Shown here: positions 39,514 to 49,493 of the stretch, piece by piece | How positions within the stretch are numbered: position 1 is the stretch's first letter | Layout: each line of letters opens with the position of its first letter | Assembly: GCA_030752795.1 (NCBI GenBank) | Contig: JASMDM010000033.1 | Location: forward strand, 1,441-65,440 | Length of the DNA: 64,000 bases | Source: SAR202 cluster bacterium | Lineage (GTDB): Bacteria > Chloroflexota > Dehalococcoidia > Lucifugimonadales > UBA1123 | Direction of reading: 5' to 3' | The notes under the pieces: model-generated | What the model saw: only the letters and a program-made list of their open reading frames with translations | What the model was told of the DNA's origin: nothing | Database searches by the model: none | Made by a program: the position numbers and the translations under genes

Positions 39514-42500
39514 GTGTTCACTCATCTGCACGTGCACACCGAGTACAGCTTGCTCGACGGATTAAGTCGACTGGAACCCTTGGTGGCTCGTGCAAAAGAG
39601 TTGGAGATGGAAAGCCTGGCGATCACCGACCACGGCGGGATGTACGGTGCAATCGACTTCTACCGGCTGGCGAAATCGGCTGGGATCCGCCCAATCATTG
39701 GTTGCGAGATGTATGTCGCGCCCGGCAGCAGGCACGAGCGCAATCCCGCCGACAAAACCCCCTTCCACATGACGGTCTTGGCCAAGAACAACGTTGGTTA
39801 CGGGAACCTCGTCAAGCTGGTGACGAAGTCTCACCTCGAAGGCTTCTACTACAAGCCCAGGGTCGACCGTGAAGCCTTGGAAGAGCACCACGAAGGCCTG
39901 ATCGTACTCTCGGGTTGCCCTAGCGGTGAAGTGCCCTCGCTGATCGCGCAGGGTCGCATGGATGAAGCTACGGCGACCGCGAGCTGGTACCGCGAAGTGT
40001 TCGGCGACTACTATCTCGAGCTGATGGAGCACGGCAACGTCCCGGACCTTCCGGCGATAAATCAGGGATTGATGCGCCTCCACTCCGACATGGGAATCCC
40101 GATCGTCGCCACGAACGACTCGCATTACATCAAGCAGGACCAAGCACACCTCCAAGACATCCTGATCTGCATTCACACCAACACCAACCTCAAGGACGAG
40201 AAGCGGCTACGCATGGAGGAAGACTCGTACTATCTCAAGAGCGCCGCCGACATGGCTGCCTTGTACCCCAATCTCCCCGAAGCGTTGACCAACACGCAGA
40301 CGATCGCTGAGATGTGCGACATTCACATCGACTTCGACCGGATGCGCCTCCCGCAATACGAAACGCCGTCAGGGATGTCGGCGACCGAGTATCTTGCCAA
40401 GCTGTGCTGGGACGGGCTCGAAAAGCGACTCCCCGGCGCCGACGAGACGTATCGTGAACGCCTGACCTATGAGCTTGAGGTCATCCGGCAGACCCAGTTC
40501 GATCACTACTTCCTCGTGGTCTGGGACATCGCCGCTTTCGTGCGCGTCCAGGACATCTTCTTCGCGGTGCGGGGCAGCGCCGCGGCGAGCCTGACGCTGT
40601 ACTGTCTGGGAGTCACGGACGTCGATCCGATGCCGTATCGCCTAGTCTTCGAGCGCTTCCTCAACGTGGAGCGCAAGGAGATGCCCGATATCGACATGGA
40701 CTTCCAGGATGACCGTCGTGAAGAAGTGATCAACTACGTCACCGAAAAATACGGTCGCGAGCACGTCGCCCAGATCATCACGTTCGGGACGATGGGTGCG
40801 AAGGCCGCCGTGCGAGATGTTGGACGAGCCCTGGCGATGTCGTACGGCGATGTTGACCGCATCGCTAAGATGATTCCGCTGAAACTCAACATCACCCTCG
40901 AGGAAGCAAAAACGCTCAGCCCCGAACTCAAAGAGACGTACGATACTGAGGAAGATGTTAGGAGGCTGGTCGACACCGCGCAAGGATTGGAAGGCTTGAC
41001 CCGGCACTCGAGCACTCACGCTGCGGGAGTGGTCATCTCCGAAGAGCCGTTGAACGACGTCGTGCCTTTGCAGCGTCCCTCCAAGGCAGACGAAAACACC
41101 GTCTCGACGACGACTCAGTACGCCATGGAACCAGTCGCGGCGCTCGGTCTGCTCAAAATGGACTTCCTCGGTCTGGTCAACCTGACCGTCTTGGCCAGGA
41201 CCCGCAATCTATTGGCGCAAAACCGCGGACTGCAATTCGGCCTCAAAGACATCCCCCTCGATGACGCCAAAACCTTCGGTCTGTTGTCTCGCGGCGAAAC
41301 CGCCGGCGTCTTCCAGATGGAAGGCGCGGGGGTGACTCGCCACATCAAGGAACTCAAGCCGTCGTCCCTGAGAGACGTCGCGGCCATGATCGCTTTGTAT
41401 CGGCCCGGTCCGATGGAGCACATCGGCACGTTCATCGATGCCAAATTCGGCCGGACCCAGCCCGACTACCCGCACCCCGCGCTGAAGGAAATCCTGGAAG
41501 AGACTTACGGCGTAATCGTGTACCAGGATCAGGTGCTTCACATTGCTCGCACCTTCGCCGGCTACTCGCTGGGCGAGGCCGACATCGTTCGTAAGGCTAT
41601 GGGCAAGAAGAACGTCGAAATCATGGCGCAGGAACGACAAAAATTCCTGGAAGGCGCGAAGGCCCAGGGATTCGAGTGTGAGCTCGCCGAGAAGATGTTC
41701 ACCTTGATCGAGCCGTTCGCGGGCTACGCTTTCAACAAGGCACACAGCGTCAGCTATGGCCTGATCTCGTACTTCACCGCGTACTTCAAAGCCAACTATC
41801 CGGCAGAGTACATGGTCTCGCTGCTCAACTCGTACACGGGCAACACGGACAGAGTCACGACCGCCATTGCTGAGTGTCAGCGATTGAACATCCCCGTGCT
41901 TCCGCCGAATGTGAACTACAGTGGCGTCGAATTCACGATCGAAAACAATTCCGACGGCACGCCCGCGATCCGATACGGATTGGCTGCCGTCAAAAACGTG
42001 GGCGCCGCCGCCATAAAGCCCATACTCGAGTCCAGAGGCGAAGACGGCCCCTATGAGTCCATTGAGCAGATGTGCAGGTCCGCAAACATGAGCGGGCTCA
42101 AGCGCAACAGCCTCGAGAGTTTGATTCGATCGGGCGCGTTCGATGATTTCGGAGATCGCGGAGCGTTGCTCACGAGCATTGAGCGCATTCTTGGATTGGC
42201 CCAAAGCGAAGCCGGACTTCGAGACTCGGACCAATCTTCGATGTTCGACCTGTTCGGAGATTCGGTCCCAACGCCGCTCGCAAACATAGTGCGTCCGGAA
42301 GTGACCACGCCATCGCGAGACCTCGAGACCTGGGAACGGGATCTGCTGGGCGTCGCGTTGTCGAGCGCGAGCTCGTTGGCGAGTCTTCTGGCGTCCGCGG
42401 GCAGTGACACCGTCAAATTCAGAAGCGACATCGGTCCCGAAATGGCCGGGAAGAAGATATCGCTCGTTGGGCAAGTATCGGCGGTGACGCATCGGTTCAC

Positions 42501-43164
42501 CAAACAGAACAAGCCGTTCGCGATCGCGTCTCTTTCCTTGATGGACGGACAGGTCGAGGTCTTCGTGTGGGAGGAACAACTGGACCTGACGAGAGACCTG
42601 TGGGAAGAAGGCAAGATCGTCGCCGTCGCCGGCACGGTGAGACTTCGCGATGACGACGTCAGCATATCGTGCTCGGACGTCAAAGAGTACGCACCCAATC
42701 TTGAATCCAAGGCTCTTGCCGCAACGGCAACTCCCAACCCTGCCGGAACGGCTGCCATCGCGAGCCCATCGGCCGCGAGTGTGACATCGGCGTCGCCCAC
42801 TTCGCCCGACCAGCCTACGACCAACGGCGTCCACGCCCCTGGGACGAACGGGACCGCCGCGCCCGCATTGGCCCATTTGCCGTCGACGCCGCCTCTACCG
42901 GTGGAACCACAATTGCGACTGAACCTACTCATAAGAGAATCCGCGAATGAGATCGACGACAAACTTTTGCTGGACGACATTAAAAGGTTGTTGCTGGAGT
43001 TCTCGGGACCGGACGAGGTGTCGCTCGAAATCGCCGCAGGCGGGCAAGTGTACCGGCTGGACTGGCCTCTGGTTCGTGTTCGGGCTTCGGACGAATTGCA
43101 GGGTCGCCTGGGGGATCTGTTGGGTGAATCGGGTAGGGCAGTAGTGGAGAGTCTGGCGAATTGA
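39514..43164 (+). CDS. dnaE: DNA polymerase III alpha subunit
   Basis: PHP domain FTHLHVHTEYSLLDG, the palm/fingers region and an OB fold. Start is GTG 39514 (SD GGAGG 39505-39509) or TTG 39496. There is a low-complexity Ala/Pro/Thr linker before the last ~110 aa. Confidence 0.97.
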   Translation: MFTHLHVHTEYSLLDGLSRLEPLVARAKELEMESLAITDHGGMYGAIDFYRLAKSAGIRPIIGCEMYVAPGSRHERNPADKTPFHMTVLAKNNVGYGNLVKLVTKSHLEGFYYKPRVDREALEEHHEGLIVLSGCPSGEVPSLIAQGRMDEATATASWYREVFGDYYLELMEHGNVPDLPAINQGLMRLHSDMGIPIVATNDSHYIKQDQAHLQDILICIHTNTNLKDEKRLRMEEDSYYLKSAADMAALYPNLPEALTNTQTIAEMCDIHIDFDRMRLPQYETPSGMSATEYLAKLCWDGLEKRLPGADETYRERLTYELEVIRQTQFDHYFLVVWDIAAFVRVQDIFFAVRGSAAASLTLYCLGVTDVDPMPYRLVFERFLNVERKEMPDIDMDFQDDRREEVINYVTEKYGREHVAQIITFGTMGAKAAVRDVGRALAMSYGDVDRIAKMIPLKLNITLEEAKTLSPELKETYDTEEDVRRLVDTAQGLEGLTRHSSTHAAGVVISEEPLNDVVPLQRPSKADENTVSTTTQYAMEPVAALGLLKMDFLGLVNLTVLARTRNLLAQNRGLQFGLKDIPLDDAKTFGLLSRGETAGVFQMEGAGVTRHIKELKPSSLRDVAAMIALYRPGPMEHIGTFIDAKFGRTQPDYPHPALKEILEETYGVIVYQDQVLHIARTFAGYSLGEADIVRKAMGKKNVEIMAQERQKFLEGAKAQGFECELAEKMFTLIEPFAGYAFNKAHSVSYGLISYFTAYFKANYPAEYMVSLLNSYTGNTDRVTTAIAECQRLNIPVLPPNVNYSGVEFTIENNSDGTPAIRYGLAAVKNVGAAAIKPILESRGEDGPYESIEQMCRSANMSGLKRNSLESLIRSGAFDDFGDRGALLTSIERILGLAQSEAGLRDSDQSSMFDLFGDSVPTPLANIVRPEVTTPSRDLETWERDLLGVALSSASSLASLLASAGSDTVKFRSDIGPEMAGKKISLVGQVSAVTHRFTKQNKPFAIASLSLMDGQVEVFVWEEQLDLTRDLWEEGKIVAVAGTVRLRDDDVSISCSDVKEYAPNLESKALAATATPNPAGTAAIASPSAASVTSASPTSPDQPTTNGVHAPGTNGTAAPALAHLPSTPPLPVEPQLRLNLLIRESANEIDDKLLLDDIKRLLLEFSGPDEVSLEIAAGGQVYRLDWPLVRVRASDELQGRLGDLLGESGRAVVESLAN

Positions 43165-43391
43165 AGTGGGTTCGGGCCGCCACCGCGCCCGATCAGTTGG
43201 TGGCCGAGTTGTGGAGCGAGGTTCTTCGCGACGCCGGGATTCCGGCACTCGTCAGGGCAGGGGACACGTCGTCGTTCTTGGGAGTGTCGGCGTACCCGTG
43301 CCGAGTCCTGGTTGACGAGGATCGTCTCGCCGACGCCAAAGAGATCCTCAAGTCCGAGCTGGACGTCTCGTTGGACGAAGAAGGATCGTAG
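43161..43391 (+). CDS. DUF2007-family small protein
   Basis: 76 aa. The TTG start overlaps the dnaE stop (ATTGA). Contains ...AELWSEVLRDAGIPALV......CRVLVDEDRLADAKEIL. Confidence 0.55.
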   Translation: MKWVRAATAPDQLVAELWSEVLRDAGIPALVRAGDTSSFLGVSAYPCRVLVDEDRLADAKEILKSELDVSLDEEGS

Positions 43392-43426
43392 CGGCCCCAA
43401 GCGCTCGTTGCGCTGAGCCGATACCG

Positions 43427-43933
43427 CTATCGCGCTTCCGCGTCGATTAATCGCCGCTTGAGTGGGATCCGTTCGGCGCCTTTTCCGAACCCGGTCAGCT
43501 TTCCGTTGCTGCCGATGACGCGATGGCAGGGCACTATGATCGGCAGGCGATTCCTCGCCATCGACTGACCGGCGGCGCGCGGCGCGCGAGGGTTCCCGGC
43601 TTGTTCGGCCAACCAGCCGTAAGTTCGCGTCTCTCCGTGCGGTATCGATTGGCACGCCTTCCAAGCGGCCCGATAAAATTCCGACGCGCCTTCCATGTCG
43701 ACAGCCACGTCCTTAAACGTTTCGTGTTCGCCGTCGAAGTATCGCCACAATCGATCGCGGAGATCCTCGAATCTGTCAGGCTCCTGCGAAGCCAGCGCGA
43801 CTTCGGGGCCGAGTTCATAGGCGCACTCGTCGGGAGAATCCTGGGGAAGCGTGCTTCGCCTCAACCCGGTTTCCGACGCCAACACGCCCATCCAGCCGAA
43901 TTGCGTTTCGAAAATATCGTAATACAGGTCCAT
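43427..43933 (-). CDS. ogt: methylated-DNA--protein-cysteine methyltransferase
   Basis: 168 aa with active site IIVPCHRVIGSNGKLTGF. Confidence 0.9.
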   Translation of the reverse strand: MDLYYDIFETQFGWMGVLASETGLRRSTLPQDSPDECAYELGPEVALASQEPDRFEDLRDRLWRYFDGEHETFKDVAVDMEGASEFYRAAWKACQSIPHGETRTYGWLAEQAGNPRAPRAAGQSMARNRLPIIVPCHRVIGSNGKLTGFGKGAERIPLKRRLIDAEAR

Positions 43934-43939
43934 GGGTCG

Positions 43940-46510
43940 CTACCTCGCCGGCGCGCGGGCTTGGCGGGATTGCGGTGTGAGCCGGCTGAACGCCCGGCCT
44001 AGCAATCGCCACCTCGCGCTGTTCCACGCCGCGTTCAAATTATCGATCTTCTCTTCGTCGGGTTCCGTCTCGTCTTGCGTTGGGCGTCGCCCGTATCTGA
44101 TCCTAGCGTATGCCTCGGAGATGGTCCCCACGTTGTCTTCCGCGGACGGCACGACCTGAGCTATGGTCCGGGCGTATTCCCAGGGAGTTTGGTGCGGCCG
44201 TCGGCGTAGACCTGCCAAGAAGCCCAATCGGCTCATCTTCGTGTAGAGACGTTCTTCGGTCGACAATCCGCCCAAGCCAATGTTCCACATCAACCTGCCC
44301 AACAACGCTACGAAGGTGAGCACCCCGACGACAATGGCAATGGGTATCAGGTAACCCGTTAGGTCGATCGCTCGATCGGCCAAACTGGAGCCGCCGCCGG
44401 CGCCTTCTTCTTCGAACCCATCGTCGAATGAGTCGAGCATGTCTTCGGGATCTATGAGGCTCGAATCGCCTTCGCCGAGTCCGCCTCCGAAGTCCACGAC
44501 TGTCTCATCTGGAATCAACCGTTGATGTACGGGCCAGTATGGTGTTGGCTCGAAATCTATCCAACCGTATTCCGGGAAGTAGACTTGACTCCATCCGTGG
44601 CTGTCCGAGTCCTTTATGAATCTCATCTCCGATTGCGGCTCAAGTTCGCCGGGGGCATATCCCGCGGCCAGGCGCGCGGGCACTCCGACCGAGCGAAGCA
44701 TTACTGTCATCGCCGATCCGAAGTAGTCTGAGTACCCTTCTTTGGTTTCGAATAAGAAGTGATCGACACCGTCCGTGTCGCGAGGCGGGGCGTCGATGTC
44801 CTGAGAGTAGATGAACTCCGGTCCGCGCAGGTAGTCCCTGATCGCGACCGCCTTGTCCAGCGGGTTATCCATCCCGGCGGTAACCTCTTCGGCCTTGTCG
44901 CTCACGCGTTCGGGCAATGTCGGCGGAAGCTGAAGATAGTGGTCCGAAATGAACCTGTTATAGTTCGTGTCGGCCCCTCGTAGGTCGTCGTCTTCGGCGA
45001 CCGAAACCATGGAGATGACGCGATACTGCGCGTTCTCGGGCAGGGTGTCTTTGAACAGCCAAGCCACCAGATCGGGTGCGATCTGCGCTTTGCGCTGTAG
45101 CGTAATCGTTTCGATTCCGCCTAGTTCGTCTTCGACCATGTCCAGTAGGACCAGGTCGTCAGGCAACTTCCCGGCCACGAATACGTCATCGGGTTCAAGT
45201 CGCGGCTCGTTAATGTCGGCGCGGAACACTTCCGCGAGCTCCTGAATATCCGGAGGGTACCAGGCGTCGTTCGAGGGATCGTTCAAATCGATTTCGAACT
45301 CTCTGGGGTCCAAGGATTCGATCGTGGCAGGTCTGCTCACCCAGTCGAACCCTCCGCCGGACAAGTACTTGCGGGATTCGAAGCTGAGCTGAATCGTCTG
45401 CTCCACTGCTTCGCGTTTTCTGTTGTCGATGCTAGGCGGCGGCAGAATCGACGGTCCGACGTCGATCCGCTCGGTGCCCGACGCTATCCAACCCTGCGAC
45501 GTGTAGAAGTTGTAGGCCTGCGAGAGCCAGTACGACGGGAATTCGGTGTCCGCCCAAGCCACGACGTCGCCGCCGAACGATATCTTGCCCATGAAAGGCA
45601 ACGTCTTGCCGAAGAAGCGACCCATAGTATCTTTGCGCGATGGCAGAGTTGAAAACAGACGCGTGAACGTGTCTTCCACTCGTGCAACAGGGGAGCGGGC
45701 AGTGCGCCAAAAATCGGCTATCGGGTCCGATACGATGATCTTTAAAGGCAGAAGAGCGGCGATCATCAATACCAGAAGACTGAGCCACAGCGACGCGTGT
45801 AGAGTCAGCCAACTGCCAGCCGGTGTGAAACCGATCTGCAATCGGCGCCACACCTCATGCCTACGCACGGAGTCCATTCGCACGACCAGCAGCATCGCCA
45901 TCAGCATGAACAAGAAGAAACGGGCCGCGTACGTGTCGGGAAGGAAGCTAAGATTCGTGAGGATCGCCAAGCCTGCGAGCACGACCGCTACCCAAACATT
46001 GTTCCACCGGAAGATGAACCAGGAGCTGAAGAATCCCAAAATCCAGGCCGCGGTCAGCAACAGCATGATGAAAGGCAGCAAATCGGTGCTGATTCCACCG
46101 TCGACCGCCGCCTGATACCAAATGTCCAACCTGTCGAACAGCTCGCGAATCCGGCCTGCGGTCGATTCACCTTCCAAGAGCGAAGACGCCCTCCAGATGA
46201 TGAACATGGCGCCCAACGCCAAACCAACCAAGGGCGCGACGATCCACGGCAGGCGGATCTTCGCCAAACCAAGGCCAATCAGCGCAGCCAGCAACAACGT
46301 CGAGGTCAACCCAGGAATCTGGATCCACTCGGCAGCCGTGATCGACTCGCTCACGATCGAAAGCGTCAGCGCGAGTATCGCGAACGTAGCCCACCCTTGG
46401 CTGGGGCTGATTCGATCCCACATGACGAGCGCGCGATGGCGACGGCTTCCCAACGGCTCGATCCGAGCCGGAATGGAAGCAAAGAAAGTTGCCGCGCTTT
46501 GATTGCTCAC
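43940..46510 (-). CDS. polytopic transglutaminase-like protein (TgpA-like: DUF3488-type TM region, TGase core and a C-terminal TM/DUF4129-like part)
   Basis: 856 aa. Core is FLFETKEGYSDYFGSAMTVMLRSVGVPARLAAGY...DSHGWSQVYF...GWIDFEPTP. Ser occupies the position of the usual catalytic Cys. Confidence 0.85.
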   Translation of the reverse strand: MSNQSAATFFASIPARIEPLGSRRHRALVMWDRISPSQGWATFAILALTLSIVSESITAAEWIQIPGLTSTLLLAALIGLGLAKIRLPWIVAPLVGLALGAMFIIWRASSLLEGESTAGRIRELFDRLDIWYQAAVDGGISTDLLPFIMLLLTAAWILGFFSSWFIFRWNNVWVAVVLAGLAILTNLSFLPDTYAARFFLFMLMAMLLVVRMDSVRRHEVWRRLQIGFTPAGSWLTLHASLWLSLLVLMIAALLPLKIIVSDPIADFWRTARSPVARVEDTFTRLFSTLPSRKDTMGRFFGKTLPFMGKISFGGDVVAWADTEFPSYWLSQAYNFYTSQGWIASGTERIDVGPSILPPPSIDNRKREAVEQTIQLSFESRKYLSGGGFDWVSRPATIESLDPREFEIDLNDPSNDAWYPPDIQELAEVFRADINEPRLEPDDVFVAGKLPDDLVLLDMVEDELGGIETITLQRKAQIAPDLVAWLFKDTLPENAQYRVISMVSVAEDDDLRGADTNYNRFISDHYLQLPPTLPERVSDKAEEVTAGMDNPLDKAVAIRDYLRGPEFIYSQDIDAPPRDTDGVDHFLFETKEGYSDYFGSAMTVMLRSVGVPARLAAGYAPGELEPQSEMRFIKDSDSHGWSQVYFPEYGWIDFEPTPYWPVHQRLIPDETVVDFGGGLGEGDSSLIDPEDMLDSFDDGFEEEGAGGGSSLADRAIDLTGYLIPIAIVVGVLTFVALLGRLMWNIGLGGLSTEERLYTKMSRLGFLAGLRRRPHQTPWEYARTIAQVVPSAEDNVGTISEAYARIRYGRRPTQDETEPDEEKIDNLNAAWNSARWRLLGRAFSRLTPQSRQARAPAR

Positions 46511-47676
46511 GAACCGGCCTCCGGCAGTGTCGCCGGCATCGCGTACGGTCTGCCAAGAGCGAGCGGTATCGCATCACCTTTGCGCACCACGTACGGAGAG
46601 ATTCCGGCGGCGTAGAGCTCGGGCACAAGCGCCAGGGGATCAAACATGCTGCCAAAGCTGCTTGCGTCCAAAAGGACGACCGAGACTTTGACGCGGCGTC
46701 GCGCAAGCTCCTCTAACCCGCTGACCCAACCGGCTCGGTGCGACGAGGTGATGACAACGAGTGAGCTGCGGTAACCCCAGAGCTGCTCTTCTTCGGGCAG
46801 AACCTCCTCCAAGGGAGTCGAGCCTTCGGCCTTGCTCATGGCGAGAAACTCCATGATCCGATCGAACTGGCCTCCGCCTGTATCCGCGGGCAGCGCGTAT
46901 CGCTGGTCGCCATACGCGATCAGTCCTGCCGGGAGCTGAGCTTCAATATATTTGCGGGCCAACGAGGCGGCGATGGAGACGGCGTACTCGTCGGTGCTGT
47001 CTTCCAACTCGCCAGCCTGAACGTCTCGATGTAGGTCTACCAACAGCCAAACGTCACTCGACAGACCAAGATCGAACTCCTTGGACATCATTCGCCCCAT
47101 CCGGGCGGAACTCGCCCAATGGATGCGACTGATGCTGTCGCCGAACGCGTATTCACGGACGCTCGCGGCGTGTGGCGTCAGGTCATGCGATCGCCGCCTC
47201 GAGGAACTTTCGCCCGAAATGTTGGACGACGGAACGTTGTACCCTGGCAGATCATGGGTTTGAGGGTAGACGATCAACGTATCGGTTCCGCCGAAAAGGC
47301 GTTCTCGTCGGAACAATCCGAACGCGTCCGTGTTGGACACTCGCACCGGACCCAGTGTGTAGATGCCGCGCTTTCGAGCAGGCGCCAAGCTCAACCAGGA
47401 TCTAAATCCACCGGCGGTCAACGTGACTGCCCTGCCGTTGGAATAGCCGGGGATGTCGCTCAGGTCTTCGACCTCCAGCAACTGTTTCGGCACCTTGCTT
47501 CGGTTCCGAATAGTCAATCGTTCTTCGACTTCGTCGCCGACTCGGACACGCTGCGAACGGCGATCCACCGTTACTTTCAGACGCCGCACGTTCAACCAGC
47601 TCCACACGAAACTGAGGATTGTCGTGAGTCCCAGAATGTACGCCAATCGGAAGAACAGCCCGAACCCGGTAGCCAT
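46507..47676 (-). CDS. DUF58 domain protein (vWA-like partner of MoxR)
   Basis: 389 aa with N-terminal TM helices and IHWASSARMGRMMSKEFD. It has a 4-nt ATGA overlap with the transglutaminase gene. Confidence 0.85.
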   Translation of the reverse strand: MATGFGLFFRLAYILGLTTILSFVWSWLNVRRLKVTVDRRSQRVRVGDEVEERLTIRNRSKVPKQLLEVEDLSDIPGYSNGRAVTLTAGGFRSWLSLAPARKRGIYTLGPVRVSNTDAFGLFRRERLFGGTDTLIVYPQTHDLPGYNVPSSNISGESSSRRRSHDLTPHAASVREYAFGDSISRIHWASSARMGRMMSKEFDLGLSSDVWLLVDLHRDVQAGELEDSTDEYAVSIAASLARKYIEAQLPAGLIAYGDQRYALPADTGGGQFDRIMEFLAMSKAEGSTPLEEVLPEEEQLWGYRSSLVVITSSHRAGWVSGLEELARRRVKVSVVLLDASSFGSMFDPLALVPELYAAGISPYVVRKGDAIPLALGRPYAMPATLPEAGS

Positions 47677-47755
47677 CCCGGTAAATACCGTAAACGCTCC
47701 GAGAAGGATGATCAGATAGAACCTGCCGAGGAAATACGTCTTGATGAGATGCTCG

Positions 47756-48727
47756 CTAGCTGCTAGGCCGATAGCCAGCCTGAGCGCCGGGCACTGGCAC
47801 TTGATCGATGGTGGCTCCGACGATCTCAGCCGCGGCGACCCCGCGCATTCGGGCCGCGGCGGAGACGATGATCCTGTGGCTTAACACCGGGACGGCGAGC
47901 TCTTTGACGTCGTCAGGCAGAGCAAAGTCCCGCCCCCTGATTACTGCCAGCGCCTGCGCTCCCCTGAATAGCGCCAATGACCCTCGAGGGGAGGCGCCGA
48001 GCGCTATGTCCGGATGGACACGCGTTGACTCTACGATGGAGACGACGTACTGCTTGATCAGCTCGTCCACGTATACGCTCCGGATCGCTTCCTGCAGTTC
48101 GTGGATCTGCTGAGCGTTCGCCACTGGTTCCAGCGAATCGATCGGATGGGCGAGCAACTGCCCGTCGATAATCGCCAGTTCTTCTTCCGTGGTCGGGTAG
48201 CCCAAGCTCACGAGCAGCAGAAACCGGTCGAGCTGCGCCTCGGGCAACGGGAACGTTCCTTCGTACTCAACCGGGTTCTGGGTTGCCATAACCATAAAGG
48301 GAGTTGGTACGGCGTGCGTGATGCCTTCGACGGTGACCTGTTTTTCCTCCATTGCTTCGAGCATCGCCGACTGTGTTTTCGGGGTGGCCCGGTTGACCTC
48401 GTCCGCGAGCACGATTTGTGAAATGATCGGACCCGCCCGAAACTCGAAGTCGCCGGACGCCTGATTGTAGATCGACACACCCGTGACGTCTGTCGGAAGT
48501 AGGTCCGGGGTGAACTGGATGCGCTTGAATTCGCAACCGACCGATCGGGCAATGCTGCGGGCGAGCATGGTCTTCCCAACGCCGGGAACGTCCTCGATCA
48601 GGGCGTGACCTTCGCACATGAGTGCAATCACACCCAACTCGACGGACCTGGTCTTTCCGATGATTACCTTCTCGACGTTGTCGATTATAGCTTGGGCTAT
48701 CTGCCTTGCACCTTCGTGGTCCTGCAA
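47756..48727 (-). CDS. MoxR-family AAA+ ATPase
   Basis: 323 aa with Walker A EDVPGVGKTMLARS, Walker B VLADEVNR and ATQNPVEYEGTFPLPEAQLDRF. Confidence 0.93.
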   Translation of the reverse strand: MQDHEGARQIAQAIIDNVEKVIIGKTRSVELGVIALMCEGHALIEDVPGVGKTMLARSIARSVGCEFKRIQFTPDLLPTDVTGVSIYNQASGDFEFRAGPIISQIVLADEVNRATPKTQSAMLEAMEEKQVTVEGITHAVPTPFMVMATQNPVEYEGTFPLPEAQLDRFLLLVSLGYPTTEEELAIIDGQLLAHPIDSLEPVANAQQIHELQEAIRSVYVDELIKQYVVSIVESTRVHPDIALGASPRGSLALFRGAQALAVIRGRDFALPDDVKELAVPVLSHRIIVSAAARMRGVAAAEIVGATIDQVPVPGAQAGYRPSS

Positions 48728-48896
48728 CTCAGTCTCCTAAAGTCGAGCCGGAGCGAAGTCCGGATGTGCCGCCGCCGTTTATCGCAGATCCACCGTGGAC
48801 TCGGGACAAGCGACGGATTGTTGTCCGCGAATCGATTTGCGCATCGGGTGTTGACACGAATTCCATGACGATGCAGATTGCCTCGTTGCGTTTGGC

Positions 48897-48973
48897 TGGT
48901 GGGCGATAGAGGACTCGAACCTCTGACCTTCTGTGTGTAAGACAGACGCTCTAACCAGCTGAGCTAATCGCCC
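48897..48973 (-). tRNA. tRNA-Val (anticodon TAC), CCA encoded
   Basis: GGGCGATTAGCTCAGCTGGTTAGAGCGTCTGTCTTACACACAGAAGGTCAGAGGTTCGAGTCCTCTATCGCCCACCA, which folds as a canonical cloverleaf. Confidence 0.95.
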
Positions 48974-49062
48974 GGGCCCGAGCACGACCCTGAATTGGGT
49001 TGCCGACGGACGTGCGCCGCATCGGGCGGCTATCGGTTTGGGAAAATGAGGAAAGGTCAAAG

Positions 49063-49136
49063 CGCGCTTGGCGGGACTCGAACCCACGGCCTCAGCCTCC
49101 GCAGGGCTGCGCTCTATCCAACTGAGCTACAAGCGC
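49063..49136 (-). tRNA. tRNA-Arg (anticodon GCG), CCA not encoded
   Basis: GCGCTTGTAGCTCAGTTGGATAGAGCGCAGCCCTGCGGAGGCTGAGGCCGTGGGTTCGAGTCCCGCCAAGCGCG with anticodon loop CTGCGGA. Confidence 0.9.
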
Positions 49137-49493
49137 CCAAAACATGACGTTTCCGTTGCCAAGTTAGGAGAATCGACGCTGGGAGTAAACTCGATGCCTT
49201 GGCTTGCTCCCGAATGCCGTACGCCATTCTATCACGTATCTCTTTTGGGATGTAGGATTCGGCCTGCTCGGGTCGCGCTTGCGCTCTAGGAAACCACACC
49301 GCTGTTCCGTGTGTAACTAGGTGGATGTTTGAGTCAATGGCGCGCGCTAACCGATGGGTGCAAGCTTTCACAAACACCCGATATCTCCCGACACTGTTTT
49401 GCGTGGCGGCGTGATTTCGAGCACAACCGTTCGGCATTAATCTTGGAACCAGGGCAGCAAATTAACACTCCGAGGCATCAGCAGGAGACAACA

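Noticed and set aside
41209-43664. Two long minus-strand ORFs (555 aa and 537 aa) overlapping dnaE
   Set aside because: They are shadow ORFs opposite an intact, full-length dnaE and have Arg/Ser/Gly/Pro-rich low-complexity translations. The same applies to 4782..5996 and 5249..6076 (opposite or out of frame with metK), 12949..14020 and 14113..14671 (groEL), 6777..7862 (ahcY), 27024..28091 (oxidoreductase beta), 29313..30392 and 30379..31539 (oxidoreductase gamma-delta and GntR genes), 55018..56043 (cytochrome), 57710..58582 (CRTAC1), 61692..62696 (large CRTAC1) and similar entries.
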